Below are positions 25,206 to 37,973 of a stretch of 64,000 bases of DNA, in pieces (the first letter of the stretch is position 1; each line of letters starts with the position of its first letter). Origin of the DNA: Glycera tridactyla. Its lineage: Eukaryota. The translations under genes and the position numbers were made by a program. The notes beneath the pieces are model-generated. The model had not been told where the DNA came from. It saw nothing but the letters and a program-made list of their open reading frames with translations, and ran no database searches. The stretch covers positions 71,176,001 through 71,240,000 of the forward strand of contig OZ286462.1 in assembly GCA_965644265.1 (NCBI GenBank), in the 5' to 3' direction.

Positions 25206-28200
25206 CTGCAAACACAGGACAAAAACATCCAACCCTTCAATCTCCGAATTAACTAGTAGGATGTGTCCACCCAAATGTACAATATCTCAGATGTTGCAGC
25301 AATGAGAAATGCCTTTTGTACTATAGCTCCAGGAAAAAATTCTTTGAAACTCACTATATGCATTACCTAATTGAAGCAGTTTTTAGTGAACAAAGTGATA
25401 GGATTTCGGGAATTTATTTTCAAATTACAGCATACATTATGACCACTGCAAATTTTTCACTGCCTCACATTTAGAAAGTAAAATCAAATCGAGCCACAGC
25501 CCTGAATTCTTTATGTTCTTAAATCGAGAAAATGGATTTCAGTCGAGTGAGGCTGGAGACGGTGCAAGGTTCAATAGAAAAGTGCAATCATTACCAATAC
25601 CACAAGAAACAGAAACTCATACTGATGGATACCACATATGTCATTCTGGCAAATGTCAATTGATACTTGGTTCATTACTACTTTGAGACAGAAAAACTGA
25701 CATTGCCACCTTTTATTCAAGTTCCTCAAATCGACAAAAAAACTATGAAAAAAAGATGACCTGAGCATGAAAATGTGGAGGAGATTTGACACTGACTTAG
25801 AAGTGGACTGCAGTACAAGAAGGCTGCATGTCACTAGTCAAATACATCCAAGCCCCAATGTCTTGCAAAGAAGGCTAAATCTCCTTTAAGCTTCTACATA
25901 TGTTCTTTCTCACATCCCATGCTGACCTTCAACATGATTCAATATGACCTTGGATACACCCTTTCTGAAACTTGACCACTAAACTTGGTCAATTACTTGA
26001 GTTAAATATATGTGTTATGCAAAGACTGACTGAAAATTTGAACATTTTTGATTGTGCTTTATTTTTTTTTTATTATGCAGGGTGTGTGTGTGTGAGGGGG
26101 GGGGGGGTGGGGGGGGGTGGGGGGGGGGTGTTACCCAGGTAATGGACTAGCTTCTTGAGTTTCCATGTCAGCTCATAAGTCTTAACAAACAAATAGGATG
26201 ACTCACTTACAGTTCTCAAACAGCTGAGAAGCTGCATTGGCAAAATGTATGTGTGGCCAAAATGCTTCCCAGAATATTACACAGGAGTTGCCCTTATTGT
26301 AAAGGCTACAATTTTTCAAGGTCATCATATGTTGGAATACCAACGACACATAAAATATACTGTACATGCAACTATCCTGGCAAGTATCAGCCAAATTCTG
26401 AAGGCATATGCAGTAGGACCTGCATTGAGCAACCACTCTATTGAACAACCACTTTATGATATTCAGCGAGATTTTTTTTCACTATAATCTACCTGTATTA
26501 GGCAACCACCTGCCTTAAGTGAGCAGTTTTTCATTTCCCGAGGGTGGTTGCTTGATACACGTTCTACTCTACTTATATCTCGGATTATGGCCTCTGCCAG
26601 AGAATATTTGAATTCAAGGTTTTCCTGTTCAACATGTGAGTCAGGTAGACATAGTCACATATTCAATCCAGCCAGTGAGCCTTACCTGTGTCAGGTTATG
26701 CATTCTAACTACTATCAATCAGTGTACATGAAGACAACATCCATGGTCATCTACAGTTAGATAACTGGACACTGCAAGGATGCACCAAATCTGATTGATC
26801 TCATCAAGACCTAGAGAATGGGTTCAGGGGTTGGTACCAGACTAGGCTTGGATGATCCAGATCAATTATTTAAGTGCTCCTAATATTACAAGGATTATGG
26901 ACGATTAAATGCGACACAAGATATGAAAGTTGAGCATCTCCCCAACATATACAGCAATATCTGCTGACTGCTGGTCATTCCCAAGAAAACTGCCCATATC
27001 ACAATGGGCCAAATGGCCCACAAACCTGACAGAATGTCCCTCGTTCATGGATGAAGTGGCACATTTTGCCCACTGAAAAAAGCCCCATACAAGCAAAAAA
27101 TATTACTTATTCTGTTTCCTGAGGAGTAATTTTTATCTGACCTGTTTATTTTATTTATTTGAAATATCAGGGTATTTTCTTACCTCCCATCTGGGCAACT
27201 GCCCCTCCCTCCCAAAATCGCCCTCATAAAAAACAATCATAGGTATTTCAGCCTATTTCATCCTTCTCTGAATCACACACTGCATAGTTGTTGAGAATGA
27301 AATTATAAATGGAAAGTGACCTGATTATTTTTTGCAGAAAATGTTACTTTGACAAGATATACGAGAATGGCATTTACCTCTCGAAGTTGATTCCTTGATC
27401 AGTCCAACTTGTTCAGAGACCACCTATGAAAGAATCTACCTGCCTGAAGAAAGCACCCAAGCGATTACCTGATGACCGGAGTAGTATTTTCCCATAATCT
27501 CCCCATGTTATTTTATTCAAGTACCCTGGACCCAATTACTTGCAAGTGTGGGATATTTCACTGGCAAAACGGAGTGCAAAATGGGAGAGAATTTTGTTAG
27601 GGAACTGAGGTTGCACCAAAATTTGGGGGGTACTATATACCTAGTATAATGTGGTTAATGAATTAACTGGCAAGCAGCAAGTGTGAATTATGACAGTTTA
27701 GAACAAAAATATCCTGAAATACATCAGCATTAGCCCTATAGTTCATGGTGAATCTGCACATCAATCTCTGGAATGATAAGTTACACAGTGAAGTTTATTT
27801 GCAGCGCCATCGCGCCATTGGCGTCTTAATAATGATATGGGCGCACTAACAAATAGCTCAATGCGCCCAGGGGGGCGCACCAGTAATTTCATCAATAAAA
27901 TAACAGTGACTATACTCAAAGACAACGTTTGTTGGGAGGGGCCTTCTACAGGGTCAAAGAAAGTAATCCCTCTTGATGACCCCCTACCGGCTGATGACTG
28001 GGATAATACCACAACATCAACAGACAGTTCCTGTTCACCCTTGCCTGATGAGGGGGTAATCCTGGGGTGACCAGATGGGGTCCATGTGTGTGCTTGAGAT
28101 GGCCTCACAACTGGCCCTTGCAGGTAGATTTCCAAGATTGACAGAATTATATTGAAACCTACCTGCTCAGTGGACAGGTGGAAAATGATAATAAATTCAA

Positions 28201-28294
28201 TGAACACATAATGGAGGCATCCTGAATTTTCAAGAGGCAGGTAGATCTGAAAATGTAACTGCTAACCAGGCAGGTGGATAATTTTGATGCCATT

Positions 28295-28350
<56 letters not shown>

Positions 28351-28839
28351 GTGGTTGGTAGTGGGAGTGTCATATTGTGAAAAACAGTTGTTTTCACGAA
28401 CCTGGAAATGGCTCACAAAATTTTGAAAATGGCCCACTGAATCCTGAAAATGGCCCACTGTTTTTCTGCTGAGGGGGCCATTGGCCCGCTCAATTTTTGG
28501 GCCGGAAACATCGCTGGTTACATCACCTTGAGGAGACTCTGAATGAGACATCCGAAGGAAAAGGCTAGCACGGTACCAATATTGTTCAGCTTTCGAGGTT
28601 CATAACTTAAAACAAAGACTATCTATGACTCTTCCAATTCATTCCAGAGGATAGGTGCTTGTTGATCACAGATATGCTGGTCCCAACTGCAAGAATTCAT
28701 GAGTCATGCGAAAAAAAAAATTGAGAGGCCGTACAGGTATCTGCATCGATCCACTGGCTTTTTTTTTAGGAGCTGTGGCTGGACTTGAGACTGGAGTGAA
28801 GATTCCTCCAATCTTGGCTGGGCCACCAGGTCTCCCTTC

Positions 28840-28985
28840 TTCAGGGGTCTGAAATTTGAAGTGCCCAAAACCCCAACCGGGTATTTCACTGATGACTCTG
28901 CTGCAGTTGTTCACGATTCTGCGGATGTGGTCATTGTGCTGGATGGGTGTGGTGTCATTTTTTTTCTCACCATTACACACATCCA
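28840..28985. repeat. Unclassified interspersed repeat, homologous to 39770-39925
   Basis: Shared core ...gatgac...gtggtcattgtgctggatg...gtggtgtcat... vs ...atggtcattgttctggatgtgagtggtgttat... Confidence 0.6.
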
Positions 28986-29702
28986 GTATAATGACCACAT
29001 CAATAGAGCCATGAACAACTAAAGCAGAGTTGGGCAGGTTATCATGAAATACCAGGTTAGTGTTTAGCTTTCATGACACAAATGATGATACATCAGAAGG
29101 ATAGAAATCTGACATGCACATGCATTTCAGATTTTTTGTGAAATAAGCCCCCACATTATGTCTGAAAGAAGAATCAGAATAATTGCTATCAACCTGGGAG
29201 AAATGTGACTCCAAGAGCCAATTCACTGAAGCGCGAAAGAACTCACCAATGTCATAATTTTATCTTCTCCATCACTTCTCTCATGTATTTATAGCAAAAC
29301 TTGGCATGATACATATAAAACAAATGAAACAGATGGAGCTTACATTTTGGGAATATATATGGAAGTACAATAAGTTGATTTAGATTGTGATCTCATACGC
29401 TGGGATTTATAAAGAGCCTGCTGTTGCATTGTGATAATAATGGCTGCCATCACCAAGGATGACCCTTGGTGATGACCCACATTGCCTTCACGATGTCACC
29501 ATGCCATATATTACAAGATGGTGGACACAGCATCCCATATTGCATGTGCATAAACATTTATCTGAAAATTAAATGGATGATTTTGGAGCTCTATACAAGT
29601 ATCTCTCATATGTATGGATGAGAACCCATCTAATGTTTTGAGTGGATCTCAAGGATGCTGAGCTACCATGAACCATAACTACTTTCATGCAGTATACATG
29701 TA

Positions 29703-30341
29703 CCAAATTCTCCCTAATTAGCGCCCCGGGGTGCTTGATAATTGAGAAAGGGGGGCGCTTATTTGTTCAAAATATGATGAATCGCCGATGGGTGATAATC
29801 GGGTATTTTCGCGAACATAACGCCGGTGGCTGGTGAAATATCAAAGAAACAATCGATAAGGGTTCTATTTCTGTCATATGGAAGGAAATCGTAAAAAACT
29901 ACGAGGATACGATGAATGTTTCCCGGATAAACAGCAATGATGGAGAATGGCGTCTGCATAACCACTCTCACACGTTCACTTTGACAAGTCAATCCCGTGT
30001 TGTCAGACATAGTTTGCCGCGATGAATAGCCAAGAAATATCAATCTCACATTAAAAACAATCGTGCGAATGATCTCCTAGGTATAAAATCGTGTGGTATC
30101 CATGCATGAATATCTCAAATCCGTCGAATATTCACCGAAAATAGCGCAAATATCAAGCGACAAGGAGTGGTTTCTTCATTCACGTGCACGCCGCCATGTT
30201 AGATCTGGCCTCCCTGCCGGCAGATTGAGCGGGAAATTCGAAAATCCCGGGTCGTCAAAGCCAGGCCCCAACCAGGTCAGGCTCCGGGAGGGGGGGGGGG
30301 GGGGGCTTATGAGGGTGGGGCGCTAATTAGGGAGAATACGG
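29703..30341. mobile_element. pogo/mariner-type MITE with TA TSD
   Basis: ta|ccaaattctccctaattagcgcccc...ggggcgctaattagggagaatacgg|ta gives a ~25-bp TIR with 2 mismatches. Confidence 0.88.
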
Positions 30342-31011
30342 TACATTGTCAGGAAGAGCTATGTTTCTTGGTGTTGATATGCATAAAATTCCAGTGGCCC
30401 AAACAACAGGAATGATCACTATAAATTGTGATAATCGGCATTTCTGTCAACCTAAATATTGGAGAAATGGGCTCTGGGAATCCAGCACTATAATGCCTTT
30501 AATGGATGAAATATTATGTTATTGGAATGCACACAATGACATCTTGGATGTAAACAGAGCATCCAACAGAGTTCTCATTCACCAGCTTCTGTTATGATTT
30601 CCCTGTCAATATTCACATGTCAGGCACAATTTGCCACACAAACATGGACTAATTAAGTTTTTAATGTGGTAGGAAAGAGGAAAACCTCCGATGGCTGCAT
30701 GCACAAATGGTAATCAAAATGACAATTACAATTATTTATGAATTCCTGCGTGACTCCAACATGTGGTAATAAACAAAGTTTTGTGATTCACTCTCACTTT
30801 TTAATGTCTTCAGAATCCTTTAGAAATTATTTATACATCAAACCAATGGGCCAGACTAATGGTAGGTTAACAAAGAAGCAGTAACCCTCAGCTGTATATA
30901 ATATGCCTACATGTACAATAGAACCAACACCAAGCAGGCTGGTGCCAAGTGATGACCTGTTATGGGCAAGCAACTTCTCCTTAACACTTTTCCATCATCC
31001 ATTTGCAAGTA

Positions 31012-31171
31012 CAGTCTAACCTGTCCTAGGCAGCCACTGCACTAAGCAGCCACCTGCCCCAAGCAGCCACTTTTGAATTTCCCACCGGCAGTTTTTCCAC
31101 TATAATTAACCTGTCCTAAGCAGCCACTTTTTGCCCTCCCCAAGGGTGGCTGCTTAGAACAGGTTTAACTG
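31012..31171. mobile_element. TA-MITE, same family as 18254
   Basis: ta|cagtctaacctgtcc...caggtttaactg|ta. Confidence 0.85.
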
Positions 31172-33196
31172 TATACCTGAACCAACAAGCACCTGTCCTC
31201 AGCAACCAAATTCAAAGAAATTTAAGGCACTCACTTGTCACATTGGCTAATATACTTTTGCCCACTGCACCCCTTTGACGAGTCCTGCATTCAGAGTGCA
31301 TGAAATAATCGGGATGCCCCCGAAAATGGCCAACCTCATGGAGAAGCAAAACCCCTTCTATGGCTATCAAGTTCAGAATTGATATGAATTGACAATTTCA
31401 AATGAGAACATGCCAGGAGATAGACTTAGAAAAAAATTCAAAGTACTAATTACATACACAAACTACATCAAGGCCTGTGATGAGTAACTCCCCGCCGAGA
31501 GACCACCTCTGACGGCAGACTGCTTTTCCAAGGCAGCTTTTCTGTTTGACATAGTAAAATACACCTCTGGCAAGAGACCGCTTTTTGGTGAAATTCAGGG
31601 AGGTCTCTTGTTGCAATTTCACTGTATGAGGAAAAAATTAATGGCAGTACTGGACCTGGACCTGTTGCTTCTCACCATCTTGAGAAACCCTGGGCAGCTG
31701 ATGTGTGATTACTATTGATATTCCCATCTTATTATGACATTTTTAAATGGGGTTTGATTTCCAAGGAAACATTTTTCTTGGATACATGACACTACAACCA
31801 CTAATAGCTGCAGGGCTGAAAGGAAATGACTCATTCACTTCTCCACCCGCAGCAACTCAGGCTAATATTTTCTTTGCATTATACCAAGGTCAAGGTCAGA
31901 CCGCCAGACACATTTCTTGCAACTGAAGCATTGGAGGCATGATAGACGGACCTGAGTGATCTGTAAATACTGACATCTCTATCTGCAAGCCACTGCACTC
32001 ATATGCAGGGTGTGGTCATATTTGAAAAACACCCCAACTTCCGATATCTATATATTTGGCTGAAAATAATGCCCTGTTTCTTATCACTGATTCCATTTCA
32101 CCATAAGCTAAATTTTATTTCTTTTTAAGGGTATTCAGTAGAAACATTCCCACACTGTATACTGGTGCGATGAAATGCATGACAAGGTGGATGTTATCAG
32201 TTGAACCTGCTCCGAAGTCCCCTCCTTCTTGTTTCGATGTACAAAACAACTGTAGATATGAAGAGTGGAAGGCAGTCACTCTATCAATCATATTTCCCTT
32301 ATCACTAGATATTTCACTCAAAATTTGTACCAGAAATTAATGTTCAAGTGGAACCTAGATCAGATATTATGATAAGCCATTCGCTGAGAACTTGACATTT
32401 GGAAGGCAGTCAAAGACTGCCATATACAATAACCAGTTGTAGTATTTCAATAAATTTGAATGTACTGCTTCTCAGCTCCTAGCAGAGAATGGAGTTCACA
32501 AGATCCACATACTCCTAAAGTCGTACCAGAATTCAGCCTCATATAGAATTAATTGACTATGGACCCGTTACAGGAGCTAATGGTCAAGCGATGTCTTTTT
32601 TGCCGTGAATGCGATTAAGTGGGTAATAATCGGGATAAATGATGGCTGGGGAACATGTGATGACAGCGACTACGGCCAATAGACTAACCAACATTATGTA
32701 AAAATCCAGGCTAACGCTTCACTGAATCACAGAAAAACAGCGGTCAGTCTCTGTTGTCATGATGTTCTCATAAAACCATAGCAACTGCATGCACCTAAAA
32801 TGCTTCAAAAACACCTATACTTCAAAGAAACGGGCCGGGGATGACTTCGGGAGCCGCGCCTATTTTATATACCACCCGGCTCCTACCATTTAGATTCACA
32901 CATGGACCATGAAAATGATTTGCAGCGGATTCGCCCACAGTAACAGTGGCAATAATTTGGCATGTGTAAGGGCTCGGCTTTTATTATTCATGACGCCCAT
33001 GCTGCAAAACTGTTTATGGGCAGCAAGTCCCTCTCGCTAACCCTACTGCCATTCCAGAGATGAGGACACGTATGCATGCACAAGTAAACGCTGATTCAAA
33101 ATTTAGCATGAAAATACAGATGTGTCCAACCATCAGGCAAGACAATGTTTTCATCCCTCATCCTAAGTAACACACAAGATTCATATGAACTCCTAA

Positions 33197-36100
33197 AGTC
33201 TGTCAAATCCAAATTTTGCGGGTACGTTTCAAGCACACCCGTCGTCATTTCTTGTCTGATTTCAGTTTTAATAGCACGAATGTATTGTAGAGTCGGGTTT
33301 CAGAGACCCTGTATATTTTTGAAGAGGATCACGCCATCATTTCATTGTATTTATTCGGTGAATGCTCAGGCATTATCACCCGGTCTTCCCTATATGGGCA
33401 TGTCCAGAAACCTGGCACATATCGCAAAAATCACCGTCAATTGGATTTGATGCGATGTATCTGCAGTTCTGTATTGAGCAATCACAATCTTGTAGAATGT
33501 CTTGAAAGCACACATATTAAGCTACAACTGGTGCAACTTCGGGCAGAATCAACAGATTTTAACACTGTAAACAAAGCAAGTGATTCCATGAGAACTGTCA
33601 TATTTGGACCTTTTCAGCGTTACATGACTAAACCTACATTCATTGAACTCCATATTTTGTGGCCTCTTCTCAATACTGTATCAAAATGACAACACAAGTT
33701 GATTCAGCAGTATTTTGACAACAGTTTTGCCGATTTTCATTGAGAAAGTCCAAAAATTCGCAAGTCACAAAGATTTGAAAGCCAAAAGCCAATTTTAGTG
33801 AAAAACTGTCGATATCTGCTGACCTACTCAAACTGAGGCACCTGGATGAAGAGGACAAAAAAAGCATCCAACTTCCCATCAATATAAGAAGGTGAGAAGG
33901 TCAGAAACCTAGTACAATGAAGATTTAGACACTACTTTTCCCTTGTTTTCTTACATCTTGGCATGAAATCATGTCAATCAATTCAGTGAAAATTCATCTT
34001 CTGAATTTCCTGCTTAAAATTGTGAAGATCAGAGAGAAAGAGATCCAAAACACTTGAATATTTGAGAAGGCAATGGAACCGTGCATGGAACAATTTACAG
34101 ATAAGATGGCGATCGTTCGGAAGCTGTTATAGCCCATTCTGTGATGATGTCAAAATGTGTACAAAAATGACCTACACCAGTCAATTTACATACATAAAAG
34201 CTCCCAGATTCTCCATGTTAATAGCAGTTGCAGGTATCTTATGATCAATGTGAGCTTTGGTGCACTTCATGGCATAGAAAATTTCGCATTGGAATGAGTC
34301 TTATTCTGAAAGTGAAACAGTTGACACTTTTTACATTTGAGACCTGTCAAAATGATGTACACCCCTCTCACTACCAGTCAGAGTATTGGTCCAAAAATAT
34401 GGCATGGAAGATTCATTTTGGTTCAGATACTTGGAATGAACAGTATAGATGTCATAGCAGGAGTGAAAATGTGGATCTGAACCACTGGCTGAAAAATATA
34501 GAGTGTGTTGGTGTATGTAAGGTTGACCTCTAGTCATTTTGAAATGACCAGTCAATGGAACAATGATATGACATTCAGAGACATTCTTGAACATAAAATG
34601 CCTTGAATAGGGAGAAAACCACATGCAGATGGGATAAAGATAAGTTCCAACATCAGACGCATCGAAAATCGCCCAAATCTTTATCTTGTGGTGAAGAAAA
34701 ACTACAAATATGTGAAGAAATCATGACCATGCACCAACTGTACATGAATATAAACCAATTCTTTTGATGAATTAGTACTTGTCTGTCATGAATGTTGTTT
34801 GTTACAGATGAGATGGTTATCTTTCAAAAGCTGTTTCTTGCCAATTCTGCAATTATGTGAAAATGTGTACAAAAATGACTTTCACAGTCAATTTACATAC
34901 ATGAAAGCTCCCAGAAGCTTACTGTCAATAACAGTTGCAGGTAACTCATGATCATTGTGAGTTTTGGTGCATTTCATTGAATATAAAATTTCGCGTTGAA
35001 ATGAATCTTGTTTCAAAAGTGAAGCAGTTCACAACTTTTGACATTTGAGGCATGTCAAAATGATGTACAACCAGTCAGAGGATTGGTAAAAAGAATATGG
35101 CACGAGAGACTCATTTCTCTTCAGATACTTTGAATGAACAGTGTAGATGCTATAGCAGGAGTGAAAATAAGGATCTGAACCACTGGGTGAAAAATATGGA
35201 GAGTGTTGGTGTATGTTAGGTTGACCTCGAATCATTTTGAAATGACCAGTCGTTGGAATGCAAATATGACTTCCAGAGTCATTTTTGAAAATAAAATGCT
35301 TTGAATAGGGAGAAAACCACATGGAGATGGGATAAAAATAAGTTCCAATATCAGACACATTGAAATTCGCCCACATCATTTTCTCGTGGTGATGAAAAAC
35401 AACAAATATGTGAAGAAATCATGATTATGCACCAACTATACATGAACAGAAACCTATTTTTTGGATGAATTAGTACTGGTCTGTCATGTATGAGTAGCAT
35501 ATATGAGGGGAAGGATTAAAAAATATATGCTGGTGCGAATTGGTACGGAAGGTCCCATTAAGTGGTCAAAATGATGTACTGATTTATGTCATTTCTAATA
35601 TGAAGCTTGATATCTGACTAATTATTCACCAGTTATATGTATAGTGACTTAAATGATTAGAATTTGCTGAAAGGTGGTGAGCTGCATCACTCTTCTGAGC
35701 ATAGAAGTCAGATACCTTCACATTTGCCAGAATGTCAAGATGACATACAACAGAAATTGGTTTTGTGGACATCACCTCATGGACACCTGAATACATGCCA
35801 ATCTAAAATCATGTACACGGGATGCTTGAAATATCTGCTACTTGAAACTGCTGAACATAGTTATACTTGGCCTGCAACAGAGTTTTACAACTCACAATGT
35901 GTCCATCTTATGTACACCATACAAATCACCTTGGTACAGAACAACTACCAGAGGAGGATTGTCAGCTTTTTGCATAAGCATCCTGCATGAAATGATCATT
36001 GACAATATATAACTTAGAGACAGCTGTGATATCTGTCAGATTTGGGATATGGTATTGAATGCAACAAGTATTTCTATTTACTTTTTCAAAATATTTGATG

Positions 36101-36483
36101 AAGACGGCAATATTTTCATTACTTGAAGAGATATCAAACTGAAACTTTCAGAATATGTGACCAACACACTGGCCCACAAGAAAAAGTAGCTAAAAACCTG
36201 GAATGGGAGGATTTTTTTTCTCACTGCAATGTAACGCATTGTGCACCAGGTTTCTGGACATGCCCATATTTACAACGTAGATACGACCGTCGCACCTGCC
36301 GCGAAACCAGCGTGAAATCATCATATTTTGTGTTCTAAGGTGGAATATATAAGGAAACTTCGCCGAGATCACAATTTTAGTCGCCGGACATGTGCAAAGT
36401 CTCTGCAAGTTTCTTTCAAATCGGATGTGAATTTGCGATGCTAGGGCGAAAAACGTACCCACCAAAACAGAGCTTGACAGACT
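33197..36483. mobile_element. Kolobok-like non-autonomous element (TTAA TSD, AG...CT ends, long imperfect TIRs)
   Basis: ctaa|agtctgtcaa...ttttgcgggtacgttt on the left and aaacgtacccaccaaaa...ttgacagact|ttaa on the right. An inner inverted match atatgggcatgtccagaaacctgg lies at about 33392 and 36245. Confidence 0.65.
34094..35495. repeat. Diverged ~0.7-kb tandem duplication
   Basis: aaaatgtgtacaaaaatgac at 34152 and 34860, and ttagtact(t/g)gtctgtcatg at about 34771 and 35471. Confidence 0.9.
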
Positions 36484-37973
36484 TTAATATGCCTACTACA
36501 CATCAATGAAGATGACCCTGACTCTAAACAGAATGTGCATCATTGAGAGCAGATACATGAGTCATTCCTGCAGGCAATTGCTTCATACAAGACCCTTCCA
36601 TTATATCACTTATCACAACAACTTTCTGAAAATGTCAGAAAACATCTCAACCACCTGTTTTGTAAGACCATTTAGCCAATAGTGTCCCCTTTGTTGCAGG
36701 TACAAGTGTTTATCCAACAGTTTGCTTCGAAATTGCATTACAAAATCCCAGTAATCAAATGACCCAGTTCCCTCACCAAGAGAGAAAGAGAGGGTGTTGA
36801 GGAGGGAGCCATTCCATCTGTACATAGGAAGGTGACTTTTCTGTTAATCCTGTACATGCAGCAGACATCGGCAATAACAGCAGCCATGATCAGTTCTAGC
36901 CAATAATCCTAATGTCCCATGATTCATTAATTTTCCTAGACACCACACAAAATGAGCAGGGCCTCTTGGGTGATGTTTTGAGGAACTTGTTTCGTCAAAA
37001 TCTGACTGATACAAGTAACAGCATTGATAGTGAATGAATGGACATGTTTCAAATATTGTTGCCAACAAAGATGTGTCAAATGTCCAACAATCCTTAACTG
37101 ATTGATCTATCCATTGCTAATAGCAAAGCCTCCTCTCCAGTGTTCTGAATGCTTAATTCAATCAGATTCAGTGGATTTCACACCAAACAAGACGTGTGGT
37201 TTGGGCAGTCATGCTCATGTAAGCTTCTCCCTCTTCATATCACAAGACATATCAGCATTTTATGTAGGTACATGAGACGTTTTCAAGAGCAAAATGCAAT
37301 TTCTCTGGGTAAACTCTAAGAGAATTTCGGTTGCAATATTGTTGTTTGCATCATATGAACTAATATTGAATAGACAAAAACCAACATAATATTCACAAGA
37401 CACTATTTGATTGATGGAGAATTGAATTTTCTAAAGGTCAATTTCGATTTGCTTTTCATGGCGAAGGATGGAATTTGTAGGGTTTCCATGTTCCGGTGAA
37501 CCATACAGAGTATTGCATGTGAAGATAATGATCCAATCCCTGAATATGTTCATGCATGCATGCTCGCACATGGTTGAGAGCATGCATGTAAGCCCTCACA
37601 CATCAAGTGAGCATGATATAAGAGCAGCTGTAATGAGGAACAATACCATTGAAGAGATGTGGGGGGGGGGGGGCAGTATATCCTGGGAGTGACAATGTGC
37701 TGAGACTCCTGCCATATAAAGTCCAATATTTATTGGGGTCCATGAGCACCCATAAATCTCACACCTCAATACCAAGACTCATGTCCGGCATATCAACGCA
37801 GGCCTCAAAGACTGACCCATGTATATATATAGTCCTGATCCTCCATAAGTCTTACCCAGTGCTCTACATATATGGACACCCTATTTGCCCCTTAAATGTA
37901 TTAGTTTTCCACACATATAAGTTGTCGATATTGCAACATTGGAACATTGCAGGATTCTAGGGGCTATACCGTA

